Assembly (NCBI GenBank): GCA_964304625.1
Contig: OZ199838.1
Span: 7,675,466-7,739,465 of the forward strand
Length of the DNA stretch: 64,000 nt
Origin: Kudoa neothunni
Taxonomy: Eukaryota > Animalia > Cnidaria
Direction of reading: 5' to 3'
In this document: piece by piece, positions 24,598 through 37,120 of the stretch
How positions within the stretch are numbered: position 1 is the stretch's first letter
Layout: every line of letters begins with the position of its first letter
The notes under the pieces: model-generated
The model's input: only the letters and a program-made list of their open reading frames with translations
Told to the model about the DNA's origin: nothing
The model's database searches: none
Made by a program: the position numbers and the translations under genes

Positions 24598-26752
24598 ATG
24601 GAGGAAGAGCGTCACATTAGAAAATATTTTAAGCCCGCAGGGCTTGGTCAGAAAATGAGGAAAGCTTTTGTTGACAATTTAAAACTTCAGAAGGCACTGA
24701 AAACTCCTCTTGATGATGTTGATTCACTAAAAAGTTTAAGCACCGAAACAAATAAAGGTGTGGAAGAAGCCGATCAAATATTTACAGTTGGCGTGAATAT
24801 TGAAAAAAATCTAGAAGCTGATAATGTGGTTGGTGAAAGGGAATCTCATTCGGCCTGTTCACAGGATTTCGTGACCACCTCAAGTAAAAAATTACGTCTA
24901 AAAATTTGTCATTTTATCCAATTGCGTTTTAGATTATCGAAAAAAAAGTTTGATGCGTGCAAAAGTTTTGGTTTCTAAGGCACTCAAAGACACTACCGAA
25001 TGTTTAAAAGCTGGGAAAAAAGTACCAACTACTTCAACGTTTAAAAGTAAGGTCTCTGTGCGAAAACGGCTTTTCGATCGAAACAAGAATGTTTATGAAG
25101 ATGATCCTCCAGCTAACCAAATTGAGAACACACAAAAATATGAGCAGTTGAAAGAGAAACTTCCTGCAGTTCCAGCTTTTAAACGATTTAAACATTTAAT
25201 TGATACACCCTCCTCTAAAATCCTGGTTGAGCGTGAATATCCCTATGAAACTGAATTTCCATTGCCTGCACCCTATGAAAAGTTACTTCAATTTTATAAG
25301 GCAGCAGATGCTGTGCTGTACATGATGTATCAGCGAAAAGAGGGTTGTAATTTCATTAGATTAAAAAAAATGATAGAAGCCTCCACTAAGAAGTATTTTG
25401 TTATTATTTTTTCTCAACTTAATCATTTTATAAGAACATTTTGGCGTAGCGATTTGGCTAAAATAGCTGGATTGCGTCCGAATGATTTTAAGATATATCT
25501 AAATGAGAACCCTGGTGGAATGACTAAACTGCTTCGCAACGAATCAGATAAACGTGATAATGTGCTGATGATTTCACCGGACTATACTGAAGCTCTAGAA
25601 AAATTTCACGTATCAGAATCACCAATATCAAAGTTGAAATATGAGCATATTGATCACAATTTGGATAAACCTCCCTGCTCACCCATTAATATGTTGAAAC
25701 ATACATCACCATGTAAAACTCCCAGACTTTATAGCCCTGTGTGTGTATCACCAATGAAATCTACTACCACATACCAAACTCCACATAAATCAGCTTCATG
25801 TCTATCGCCAGTAAAATTACAAAACAGGATGGTTAGACCTAGTCATTTGACATGGAGGAAAGACCAAGTTCATTCTGCACTTTTACGGAAAACACATGAT
25901 CAGCACAAAAGTTTTTTGAACCAAATAGGTCTTGACAACATAAATTACACCGAACTGAAACAATGGCATACAAAGTTCAACTTGGATGATGCTGATCCCA
26001 TTGATGAAGCTACTTTGCCCGATGCATTCAAAATCAAGACTAAAAGTACCGCCAAAGATCTTTTATCCGATACCGAAGTTAAGCTGAATTCTGTGATTCG
26101 CAAGGCAGTCGAAGATGTCGTCAAAACTGAAAATATGAATTCTGATCCATCATCAACTAAAGAGCAAGACGACAACGATGCTTCAAGTGGAGTTTTGTGT
26201 TTGACTCCTGTTTGCCAAAAAGTTCTAAGTTCAATTCCTGACTCTCTCATTGAAAAAGTGTTTATCTCTGAATTGTGTTGTGTGAATGTTCAATCTGATG
26301 AGTTTAGATTCGCGAAAAAGAGAAAAAGAATGCACTCATTCGAATGATAATAAAGCAAGATGGTGATGAGGAAAAGAACAAATTACAGAAACTTCCTGAA
26401 CTTTTAAAACTGATTTTTAAGTAGTTTTATACATTCTAAAACTATATAATTTGGTTTTAGTTATCTTCGTAGTGAGAAGAAAACTTGTATGATATTGTCA
26501 AAGGTTGTGGAGAAGATGATGCAATCAACGACATTGACTATCTCTCGCGGTATACACCTCCATTTTAAAATTAATTTATTATGATCTTGTTTAGAATTGA
26601 TGGAAGAACACATTGTTTTATTGTCTCGAATAGTTCCTGATTTGGTGTCTATTCCAACGGTTGGAAATCACCGGTTTGTTAAAATTGTACAGATAAAATG
26701 CACTCTGAATGATGCCCTTGGCATCATTCAAGCGAAAATATCAGCAACATAA
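24598..26752 (+). CDS. CDT1: DNA replication licensing factor Cdt1, 6 exons
   Basis: LPAPYEKLLQFYKAADAVLYMMYQR..FIRLKKMIE (geminin-binding winged helix) and C-terminal LPELLKLIFNYLRSEKK..MEEHIVLLSRIVPD (MCM-binding). Introns 24884(or 24896)-24932, 25393-25434, 26258-26307, 26421-26460, 26550-26594. An upstream in-frame ATG exists at 24538. Confidence 0.88.
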
Positions 26753-27019
26753 TTCCTTTATAAATTTATTTTCATATATTTTGTTCAGCCGTGTCATTTA
26801 TGTAATATCACCGAGATTAATTTAGTATGCTTGTGGCACGTTTAATAATTAAAGTTATGCGATGTTATTGGTTTGGATTGTTTTATTTATAGAAGCTGCG
26901 AAACAACATGCGTCGAAAGTATAGTTGGCCAGTTTTTTAATTAGCTTAATTTGAAAGGAATTTTTGTTAGATTATTTTTGTATTTTATATAAACAGCTTA
27001 GACATATTTTATAAATATA

Positions 27020-28678
27020 CTGGCGCTACTGCCGAGCTTCGCCTGGTAGGTACTATGTGATGAGTTTGAAAAACAAAATTATGCGCGTACTTTCCATTCA
27101 AATATAAATAGAAGTATTGAGAGAAATTAACGAGTATTTTTAAGTTTATTTTACAAATGATTGACCATAAATATAATGACATTAATTTTATGAAAATTTA
27201 ATTAACGATCAAAGTTCATTTATTTATTAAACAAAATCATAAAGTAACCGAAATAGGACTTTCAGTTCTTTCCCAAATCTTACGATAAAAAAAATAAAAT
27301 CGACCTAGGATGCGTCAGAAATAAAAATATTAGTTGTTACTCCTTTCTTGCATTTTTATAGAGGATGTTAATGAGATTTTAATAATCTGTGAGTGGTAAC
27401 TTACGTATTCACTATTTTAGCATAATGTCTCGATTTATAAATAAACGAAACCTTTCTTTAAAAAAAATACTTGTTGATTCAAAAATATACAAATTTAGTC
27501 ATCACAATACGATTAAATCCAAAATGTAAAGGTATTTTTGGTTTGAAAAATTACAGTAATGCTTAAATATCAACTGGTTTTCTCGAAGGAGTGCACCCTT
27601 TTAAAAATAACGTACTGTTTGATTTCCCTTAAAAAATTTATTTGTATTGAACTATTCATAGACTAACGAAAACTTTGTGAAACTATCGGTTAGATCGAAT
27701 AGACCAATAATTTCTTATTAACTTGCATGGCACGTGTTGAGAGTGGACTGTATTTTGTGCAAAAGTAATAGTGAATATTAATTCTTAAACTACGTATAGA
27801 ATGAGGTGTCGCATAATTTCATGCAATTTTTATCAAAATGAATTATTTTTAGCGAAAAGAAAATTATATATTGATTTGAATATTAACCTTAAGGTCTGGG
27901 GGTAAGGAATAATTAGGTTACTAGGAACTTAAACATTATTTTAAAAATTATCTCATAAAATACTGAAACTCATTGAATTAGTCATGCCAGCTGTTTTGCA
28001 AGAAAGTTTAGGAAAACCAAAAAATGAGTAAATACTTATCGAAAGACGAATATAGTTTCAATCTCAGTCAATATATTTGAAAAAATAAATGTTCATTTAA
28101 GAAGTTATCACAGAAATTTAATTATATGAAAACTCTACACACATCTTTCATCGTTTTTAGAATGCATGCAGAAATACCAAATTACTCCTCGATGGCAACA
28201 ACTTATAATCTCAAATTATGTGTTTTATCTAAAATGGTCGTAAGTCTTTTTCGCTGAACTATATCTATAACGCTTGAAAAGTGAAGATACATCCTAAATA
28301 ATTTGGTTATGATTTAAATTTTAAGGAAAATTCAACAACTCTTGTAAATATGACTCTAATGGTATTATCTATCTTAAAATTACTCCAAACAGGCATGTGT
28401 AACATTTCTGAAACACTATACACCATACTTAGCAGATTCTCTTTGTATGCAATGAGTAATAGCCCATTCTAATTGATTATTACTCTGAAGTAAACAAACA
28501 TCAAAATTACTCATTTCTGACTGCGGTATTGATTATATTTATACCTCCGAGTACGTGAACGATTTTTCTTAATGTTATCATCTATTCAAATGCGAACTAC
28601 AAGCTGTATTTACAAAAAGTTCCCCCGCAGCGCGTGCGCACTTGTGGACACAGATAGGCAAAAGATTATATATATAGA
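27020..28678 (-). mobile_element. Non-autonomous Helitron family B
   Basis: Minus strand starts A|TCTATATATATAATC and ends with a GC-rich hairpin (CCAGGCGAAGCTCGG), then CCAG|T. No TSD. Confidence 0.65.
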
Positions 28679-28843
28679 TTAGAAACAAAAACATGGATTT
28701 ATTTTTATATGTTGCAACTTTTTAGAGTGAATTATACTTATAAAAAAATCGGCCGAACAAAATCACGGCATCATGCCAAATTTCGGTAGCCGGTAAGTAC
28801 ATCGTTACCATGTTCATTCTAATTGATTATTGCTCTGAAGTAA

Positions 28844-30962
28844 GATAGTGACTATTTGCACTACAAATGTGTATGCGCGAGGATTAATTGATTTTTTCTT
28901 CTTGCGTTTTTCGTGTCTTAGACGTCATATTACTTACAACAAACATACTAATGCTATACAATATATTTTTATGTTCGTTTGTAGCATTAAAGCTTTTCTT
29001 AGAAGTTAAAAATACAATAGCAATATGAACAGATAATATAAGAGAAATTTTTTGACAACTTGCTCAACCGAAAAGACGAGCTGCATTAACTTATCGCGCG
29101 GAATAAGCATGGAGGAACACGAGTTATTCCAAAGTCGTTTTTATCCTTATTCAGAGACGAAACAGTCAGTCTCTTGAATATTTCATTAAGGTTTATAAGT
29201 GAAAGGACAATTTTAAATTCCTTATAGAAATCTGGTTATAGTTATCGTGTCGGAAGAAGCATCAAGCATTCGTCAACTGACTGTAACGAGTTGCAATATC
29301 GTTATATAAAATATATACGTCCCTATGGAAATAAAAGAAAACTACGAGAAAATATAATTAGACCAAGCTCATAGCTGCAAAGCTTTTATAATTATCTCGA
29401 GTACTGATAGCTATTTGTACGTGTCAAAGTACAATATAATGCACAACCATGAACGATTCAATATTCTATGTTATAAACATAACCAAAAATTACCAACGTC
29501 CATTCAAGAGAATCTTGAGAAGTATCTTAATTGGGGACGTGATAATAAAAAAGTTAAGTTATCACTTGAAACCGATCTAAACATTCCAATCAGTCTCAAA
29601 AAAGTTAGAAATTTAAAGTATGAATCCACTAAATCACCAAAACTCTCAAACAATTTTGATGAATTATATAATATTGCGGTTGTCGACATTAATGGAAGGA
29701 CTTGTTCCATATTTTTCGCATTTGCTAAGAACGAATGCCAATCCATCGTATTCGGAATATTTTCCGCTTTTATGAAAATGATGGGAAATATAAGTGGAAC
29801 TCGTGTTGTGTTGCATTTATCGATAAGGAAGCAACCGAGTTTAATGCCTTTAAAGAATGCTTTCCACATACAAGAGTGTTGTTGTATTCCTTCCATGTTT
29901 ATAGAGCAATGGAGAGAAAAATAGTCACGTTAGATGCCATGTCAATACTTAAAAGTAAAAAAGAGAAGTTAAAAAAATTGTCCAAAAAACTTATATACGC
30001 GTTGAGTAGTGAGTCTTTCGACCGTATAATCAATGAAATCACTGAAACTCATCCACCATATTTCAAATATCTGTTAAAAAATTGGTTAAACATCAAACCT
30101 ATGTGGACTCATTTTCTTCGACTAGATATTTTACAAGTAACCAACAAATTATCAACGTTTGCCTCCAACAAAATAAAACACGAAATAATGAATCTCCAAT
30201 GTTTGACTATTTGGAAACTACGTAACATATATTTTGTACATACTTTGGGTAATTCGGTCATGGTAACGCATCTTAAAAACAATACATACAAATGTGATTG
30301 TGTATTTTATCAACAGCTATCACTTCCACGCAAGCATTTATTTTCCATGTTAAAATCTAATCTTTTAACTGGAGAGTCCTTTTGTACTGGAAGGTGGTTT
30401 TACAAAGACACTGACCAACTATGTGATGAAAGTGAACCTAAACATTCACATTATGAAATTCCATTAAATCACGACGAATTATCTCCCGTAACAAGCCCCA
30501 TAAAAGTTGACTCCCCAAATAATTTTATGCACGAAGTGTCTGAAAATAATTCAACATCAAAATTAGACGATAACAAGCAGTTATGTGAAAAAATATTCAA
30601 TCAATGAAACTCACTTTGGGGGAACTAATATAAATCATTTTACACTGATTTGGAGAACATTCTCAAACAGAATGAAGAAAAAACAGTATATTCGATTAAC
30701 CAAATAAAAGAAAACTCACCCGAAAGATTTGAATTCAATATTTCTTCAACCAGAGTCAAAGGAAAACGAAAATCTATAAGAAACTATGTTAAAGATAAAA
30801 AATGAAAAAAACATTTTTTTCAGGTTATTGATTTCTCAAAAAATGGTTAGTTTCAATACTTGTTTTTATTTTTTAAGTAATATGGCGTCTAAGGCATGAA
30901 AACGGAGGAAAAAATCCATTAATCCTAGCGCGTACACATTTGTAGTACAAATAGTCACTATC
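28844..30962 (+). mobile_element. Mutator/MULE element, internally deleted and frameshifted SWIM transposase
   Basis: ~90-bp TIRs GATAGTGACTATTTG... and 9-bp TSD CTGAAGTAA. ORFs 29415 (HNH) and 29735 (FIDKE, SFH, CDC..LPRKH). Confidence 0.93.
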
Positions 30963-30980
30963 CTGAAGTAAACAAACATC

Positions 30981-32763
30981 GGTAATGGTAAAGTATGTGA
31001 CTCCAGTAAAACACCAGTTTGCGCACGTTTTTTCTTTTACAATTATCGACAATAAATCAAAAGGATAGTGAGCGCAAATAAGTTATTTCTAAATATTTTC
31101 CTAATTCCTATTCGACTACTGTCGGATACGTGTGTAATCTCCATCATTTTTCAACAAACATTGAATTGATCTCTAATTTGTTCTGATAATCATTCATAAA
31201 TTGGTTCTATTTCATATTATTTACCATATAAACACAAATTTTATAATATCAAATTTCATTATACAGGTTTTTATAAGTTTTAAGCACGAACAGTTTAAAG
31301 CTGAGAAGACAACCACGTGCTCTCAAAATATATTTTCTTCATCTTCTTGGAGCTGATGAGTTTTTTCAATGATTAATCAACATTATATTTTGGATTAACA
31401 CTTAATTTCAATGGGGGGGGGGGAATAACTTAAGGCAGATTATAGGAAGTTATTACTTTTTAGGAGCAATTCTTACACGTGTGTTTAGTAGAACATTCGA
31501 TAAGCGTAAAAATGTAGTTATAAAAAAACCTTAAAACTAAAAAATTATTTCTATAAAATTATTAGTTTTAGTCAATTATGTATGTACCGATAAAAATAAT
31601 AACCCTAGTTAACATATTGTGTTTACATCTTATAATAATCTCAATTCGTAAATTTTGTCGAATTGTTTGTTAGGGAATTTTGGCTTAAAAAAATTGTAAA
31701 CTAAAACAAATATTGCTACATTAATATCTATATTCAAAAATTCACAATGTTCATCAACTGCTACTATCTATCTTCATGTATAAGGTTGGCGTCTCTATTT
31801 TGGTGTCTGTTTAAATACACTCCTTATTAGTGGGGCTTTAACGTATATGACTTGATAAGTATATTTAATAAGTTCTATTAATGGTTTTCAATGTGATAAA
31901 AATCTATATACGTTTCATGAATAACGAATTTGTGGAGAACGTTAAAGTTACATTGATTGAAGCGTTATAATAGAAATACTGCGTTCATAGGTTTCATTAA
32001 ATCCTCCGCTAAGTTTTACTTTACGTGATTAAATTCAATGCGGATGGTTGTGCTTTTATTTCACCAAATTATTTATATTGTTTATGTTTATGCCGAGCTA
32101 AACGATGCTAATTTTAGCAATATCGATTAATTTTCACAAGTTTTCTTCTATCTCTTTTATTTTTTCTATTTTTTTGTCTCTTACGAAGTTAGTGGTGCAC
32201 ACAGTTACCGAGCCGGGCCAGAATTCGACTTTAAAAAATCCTCCAGACCAAAAACTAACGTTTTAGATAACACTTTAACGGGATTTAAATAATTCGGAAT
32301 GAAAAAAATACAACGCTGACCTTAACTTATTTATCGTTGGTGCCGAGCCCCGAAATTTTTAAATAGACGCCGGGATTAATACTTTCCTTCACATAAATTA
32401 TCATAATTTAAATTGCATAATCCAAATCGTTATATTAAGTTGCTTAAAATTTTTAGTTATTTTGTTTCTATGGGTTAATTCGAGATTTCAATATATTTTT
32501 TGAATGCTATCAAAAAACGCCTCCAGGCGAAATCTTCCCCAAGCAACGCTGGGCAGTTCTCGCTAGTAATAAATAACTTTTGAATTAATAACTAAGAAAC
32601 AAAATAATTCAATGTTTGTTGAAAAAAGATGGAGATTACGCGTGTATCCGATTGGGTTCGGATGAAAAATTCTTTTACTTTATTATCAAGAAACGTGAAA
32701 AAACAAATGCGAAAAACGCGCGCAAGAGGACGTTTTTTAGGTGCCGCATACTTTACCATTACC
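30981..32763. mobile_element. GGTAATGG long-TIR non-autonomous element carrying a nested Helitron
   Basis: Termini GGTAATGGTAAAGTATG / CATACTTTACCATTACC with imperfect inverted arms of ~190 bp. Flanks match only 6/9 as a TSD. Confidence 0.7.
31750..32566 (+). mobile_element. Non-autonomous Helitron family A
   Basis: Closely similar to 45955-46822. 3' hairpin CCCAAGCAACGCTGGG plus CTAG|T. 5' boundary approximate. Confidence 0.85.
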
Positions 32764-32975
32764 ACAATCAGTTAAATTCCTTTAATAAGTAAAATCTGTA
32801 AATTTTAGAGAAATAAACCTTTTTTTTTGAATGACTAAAGATTTTGACGTAATCTCATTAGAATACGATAATGTCTATTTGCACTCCCTCAGTACATGCG
32901 CAGAGGATTAAAGCTTCATCTCTATATGTGTTTTTAGTCTTATATTAATCATTTAAAATAAATAATAATAGCCAC

Positions 32976-33074
32976 TGTGGCGCATCCACATAAATAGAGT
33001 AGCGCCTAACTCCAAGTGGTAAGGCCCCGCCACTTTTAGCTCGAGGATCACGGGTTCGATCCTCATCCGCTACA
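32976..33074 (+). mobile_element. 99-bp LTR-like insertion whose body is a tRNA-derived sequence
   Basis: TGTGGCG...CGCTACA termini and GCCAC 5-bp TSD (32971-75, 33075-79). Confidence 0.75.
32999..33074 (+). pseudogene. tRNA-like sequence (Pol III A and B boxes), not a canonical cloverleaf
   Basis: Acceptor stem GTAGCG/CGCTAC plus A, D-loop CAAGTGGTAAGG, B box GGTTCGATCC. Anticodon and T stems pair poorly; the loop reads CTTTTAG. Confidence 0.7.
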
Positions 33075-34188
33075 GCCACAAACGTCAAGTAATATTTTTT
33101 AATTGGATTTTAAAACCGTACATAAATTATTATTTATCGTAAAAATTACAGTCATATTTACTCCATAAAAAAATGTTATGCCAATTTTCACGTATTAAAA
33201 ATAAACAAATAGTTAGATAATACTTACAAGGAAAACTTATATGAATACATCTTTGTACGGTTTATTAGTTTTGAGCGTAATGAGTTCAGAAGGCCACGAT
33301 TTATTCAACAAACAATTCTGTTCATCTGATAATTTAAAAAATCTTATAAAAAATTATCAAAAAGTTTAATATATTATAAAAATTTCGACTCATTTTACAT
33401 CATGTTGAATGAATTATATTCGACAAATCCTAAGTATTTTCAATATTTGGAGAAAAACTGGATTAATATTCAAAATATTTGGGCTCATTTTCATCGTCTC
33501 GATGCTCTGACATTTGGTTCAAATACAAATAACAGGATTGAACGAGAGCACCACAAGATAAAAGATTTATGTCAAAGTCATCGTTAATTCACTAAGTAAA
33601 GTCAATACTGAATTACTGTAAGACCATCCATGGAAATAATTTATAAAAAAATGGTCTGATTCTTATGAATAACAACAACATTGACGATGTTGATATTTTG
33701 GCAATAATAAATCGTTCGTTCAGTTTTGCTGCTGATAAAATCAAATTTGAGACTCAAAACCTGAAATTATTATCAATTAGGAATTTAAAAAATATGTTCT
33801 TTGTTCACATTGTGTCTTGTTCAGCAATGGTTACGTTTCAAGATAATATATACAAGTTTGATTGTTCATTTTTTCCGAAATATTCTCTCTCATGAAAACA
33901 TTTAATTGCATAGGTAAAATCTTTAATTTTGACATCTGATTCTATATGAATTGGAAGGTGGTTTGTACAAAAAATGATATATTCCTCGATAATAACGATG
34001 GGTGCAATATATCGGACGACGATATTTCAACAACTATAAACTCCCCCAGTATTGATTCACAAAATATCGGTTCGAATGTTTTACCAACCAATACACATTT
34101 AAAAGCAAAGTTTAAAAACAACAAACAATTATGTTCTGAAATATTGGATCAACTAAATACACTTGATGGTAGTCAATACAACGAATCT

Positions 34189-35237
34189 GGCTAAATTACA
34201 GCATATGTGTATGGCCTCGGCTAACTTCGTTGAATATTCGGTTATCGCCGCCAATGTCTGCTTTTAAAACAATATTCACTTTAGAAAACATTGATCAAAT
34301 AAAAATATTAGATTATGGATATTTTCGAGAGGATTTATCTTATACTATTAAATGTTTACAGAATATTGGTTTATTAAATAGTATTCGCGCTTGTTCTTGT
34401 GGTGGAAGTATGTACATAATTTTAAGAAAAGATATTGGCGATGGATGCTAATATAAATGCGAAAAATATTCAAAGCGACGTTCCATCAGAATAGGGTCTA
34501 TTTTTGAACAGTCGAAGATTCCAGTATGGAAATCTTTTCTTCTGATTGTTTGCATAATACAGCATCTCGATATGATGTATGAAACATTATGCAATCATTT
34601 GAATATTTCGTCTTATTCTACAATATGTGATTGGAAAACAATGGTAAAAGATCTGATGGCTTCAATATTGGATCAAGAGTTTTCAAAAATTGGTGGGAAA
34701 GACATTGTGGTTCAAATCGATGACACAGCCATAACAAAGAGAAAATATGGTGTGGGGCGCATCCTTCAAAATCAACAATAATGGATGATTGGAGGAATAG
34801 TCGAGGATGGTAATTGTTTCCTCAAGAAAGAAATCGCATAGTCCTAGAAGAAATCATATGCGAGAATGTAGAGGAAGGTTCCATTATTTGGACGGATGGT
34901 TGGGGTGGATACAACCGCTTGGAAACATTGGGATTCACCCACGGAACCGTTATTCATAAGCGCCAATTTGTTTCTGATGAAGGCGTCCATAAGAATAAAA
35001 CAGAGGCGACATGGGGTGCTGTCAAGTGTAAATATAGAAACGCGACCAATAAAAATCCAGACAGTCTTGCTGAATACGTGGCCGATTTCTTGTATCGAAG
35101 AAAATACTCCGGACAACAAATTAGCACCGTTTGTAAATATGTAATTTACTCACATACTGTTTAAATATTTCTTACGATTTTTAACGAGTGTGAATTTTTT
35201 TGCCCGAGGCCAGACACGTATACTGTGTAATTTAGCC
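34189..35237 (+). mobile_element. Merlin/ISXO2 transposon with both TIRs, decayed
   Basis: TIR GGCTAAATTACA..TGGCCTCGG. VQIDDT, KRKYGVGR, IWTDGWGGY, NKTEATW. No TSD visible. Confidence 0.9.
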
Positions 35238-35495
35238 GAAAAAAATCCCAACTAGTGTAATTTCAATTTTCGTTCCATTAAAGTAAAAGGAAGACTAAAA
35301 CAATAAAAAAATTGTGTTGATTATTAAAAAGTAGAAAAAATATTATTTATCGTTTTTGGCTATTAGTGTTTTTCTGCAACACCTAATATAAGAGAAAAAG
35401 CACATACAGAGATGAAGCTTTAATCCTCCGCGCATGCACGGACGGAATGCAAATCAGACACGTGCCGTCAGGGTAGGCAATGCCTACCTTGTTAA

Positions 35496-37120
35496 CCTTC
35501 CGAGCATTTTTGGGGTCCATTGGACCCCAAAACGAATGTCGAGGGGGTTTTGCGGATCATCTGTTGTCTAAAATGTCGCCTTTACTATTATTATTCCTCA
35601 AAAATTTAATGTATTTTTTCATATATTAAATTATAAAATTATGAAAAAAAATAACAAGTTTATAAAAGTTTCTATAGTTGCAATCAATTAGAAAATTCGA
35701 GTTTGTTGGTTTCCGTAGGTGTGCGGTTTCACCGGATTGCATATTTGTTGTGAAATGGAAGAGATTGAAGATGATTATTTAGATGATTTAGATCACAACA
35801 ATTTATACTTGGATAAAAATGGTGTGTTGTGGACATCCGCTATCCCAACCACTACAAAATCTAGAAAAGAAAATATGATGACGAAAAAGCCGGGCATAAC
35901 TGCATATTCAAACTCACGGATTTGTAATATTGATGATTGTTTTACATTATTCTTCAATGATGAATTTGATGAAACCGTCACTGCCAACACAAACAAATAT
36001 GGAGCTTTTCATTATGGTGAAAAATGGAAGATGCTAAATATTATTGAATTTAAAGCGTACCTTGATATTTTAATTTACATGTCAATATTCAAATCCAAAA
36101 TGGAATCCCTCAAACAATTATGGAGTATTGATAAAGGGCGTGAGATTTTCCGAAAGATTATGCCTTTGGCAAGGTTTACACAGATTAACAGAAATCTCCA
36201 TTTTGATGACTATGAGACTAGAGAAATTCGCAAGGTCAACGACAAATTCTGCTACATAAGGGATGTATTTGAAAAATGGAAAAATATTTTACCCATGTGT
36301 TTAATGGTGCATGATGATCTAACTGTTGATGAACAACTAGTTGCGTTTCGTGGTAGATGTTGATTTAAACAGTATATGCCTTCCATACCAGCTGTGTATG
36401 GCATAAAGTTTTTTCTTCTAACTGATCCAATCACCAATTTTACCCACAATACATCTGTCTATCTCGGTAGAAATAAAAATACCCAAAGAGCAAAAAATGT
36501 TGGAGAAAATGTCGTTTTGGATCTTTGTTCTTATTTAAAAGAAATCGGACGAAATATCGTATGCGATAACTTTTTCACATCGGTTCCGTTGGGGAAGAAA
36601 CTTCTTGATCTATATTTAATATTGTTAGGAACACTCAGGCATAATAAAAGAGACATCCCGTCCATATTAAAGCCACGAAAATCAAGAGAGGTTTTTTCGT
36701 CTATTTTTGTATTCAATGGCAAAAATATGCTATTATCATATGTGCCAAAAAAGAATAAGGCAGTTATTTTACTAGCTACTTCTTCCAACAACACAAATTG
36801 TACAGATGACAAAACAAAAAAACCTGAAGTTATTGTGGACTACAATAAAATCAAAGTAGGCGTGGATACGATCGATCGAATATTATCAATGACGAGCGTA
36901 AAAAGATATACCAAAAGGTGGCCAACGGTGATTTTTCACATGATTGATATAAGCCTGGTAAATTCCTATTACTTATACAAAGTCATTTTCAAGAACCCCA
37001 GTATCTCAAGAAACCAGTATTTGGAACAGTTGGCGGATTCATTAATCAAACCTTTTGTTAATGGCGATGAATCTATTCCATTCGATGAAAATACTCTCTC
37101 TGCATCCGAAAAAATTTTAT
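35496..37120 (+). mobile_element. piggyBac, 3'-truncated; transposase broken by one in-frame TGA (36361)
   Basis: TTAA then CCTTCCGAGCAT. ORFs 35719 and 36376 share a frame. TVDEQL, CDNFFTS and GVDTID give the DDD triad. Confidence 0.92.

Larger units (their letters stand above)
32867..35454 (+). mobile_element. Mutator/MULE element related to 28844, with nested tRNA-like LTR and Merlin
   Basis: Inverted arms sharing ATTTGCA..CATGCGC.GAGGATTAAAGCTTCATCTCT. ORFs 33402-34194 are homologous to 29735 (YLEKNW, NTNNRIE). Right tip truncated. Confidence 0.85.

Noticed and set aside
32999-33074. Functional tRNA-Lys(TTT) gene
   Set aside because: Anticodon and T stems do not pair, there is no adjacent T-run terminator, and it lies inside a TSD-flanked insertion.
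36361-36363. Single TGA in an otherwise open piggyBac frame as evidence of stop-codon reassignment
   Set aside because: Relatives have P, G or S here, and a one-base change from TCA or GGA explains it. Other TE copies contain stops of all three types.
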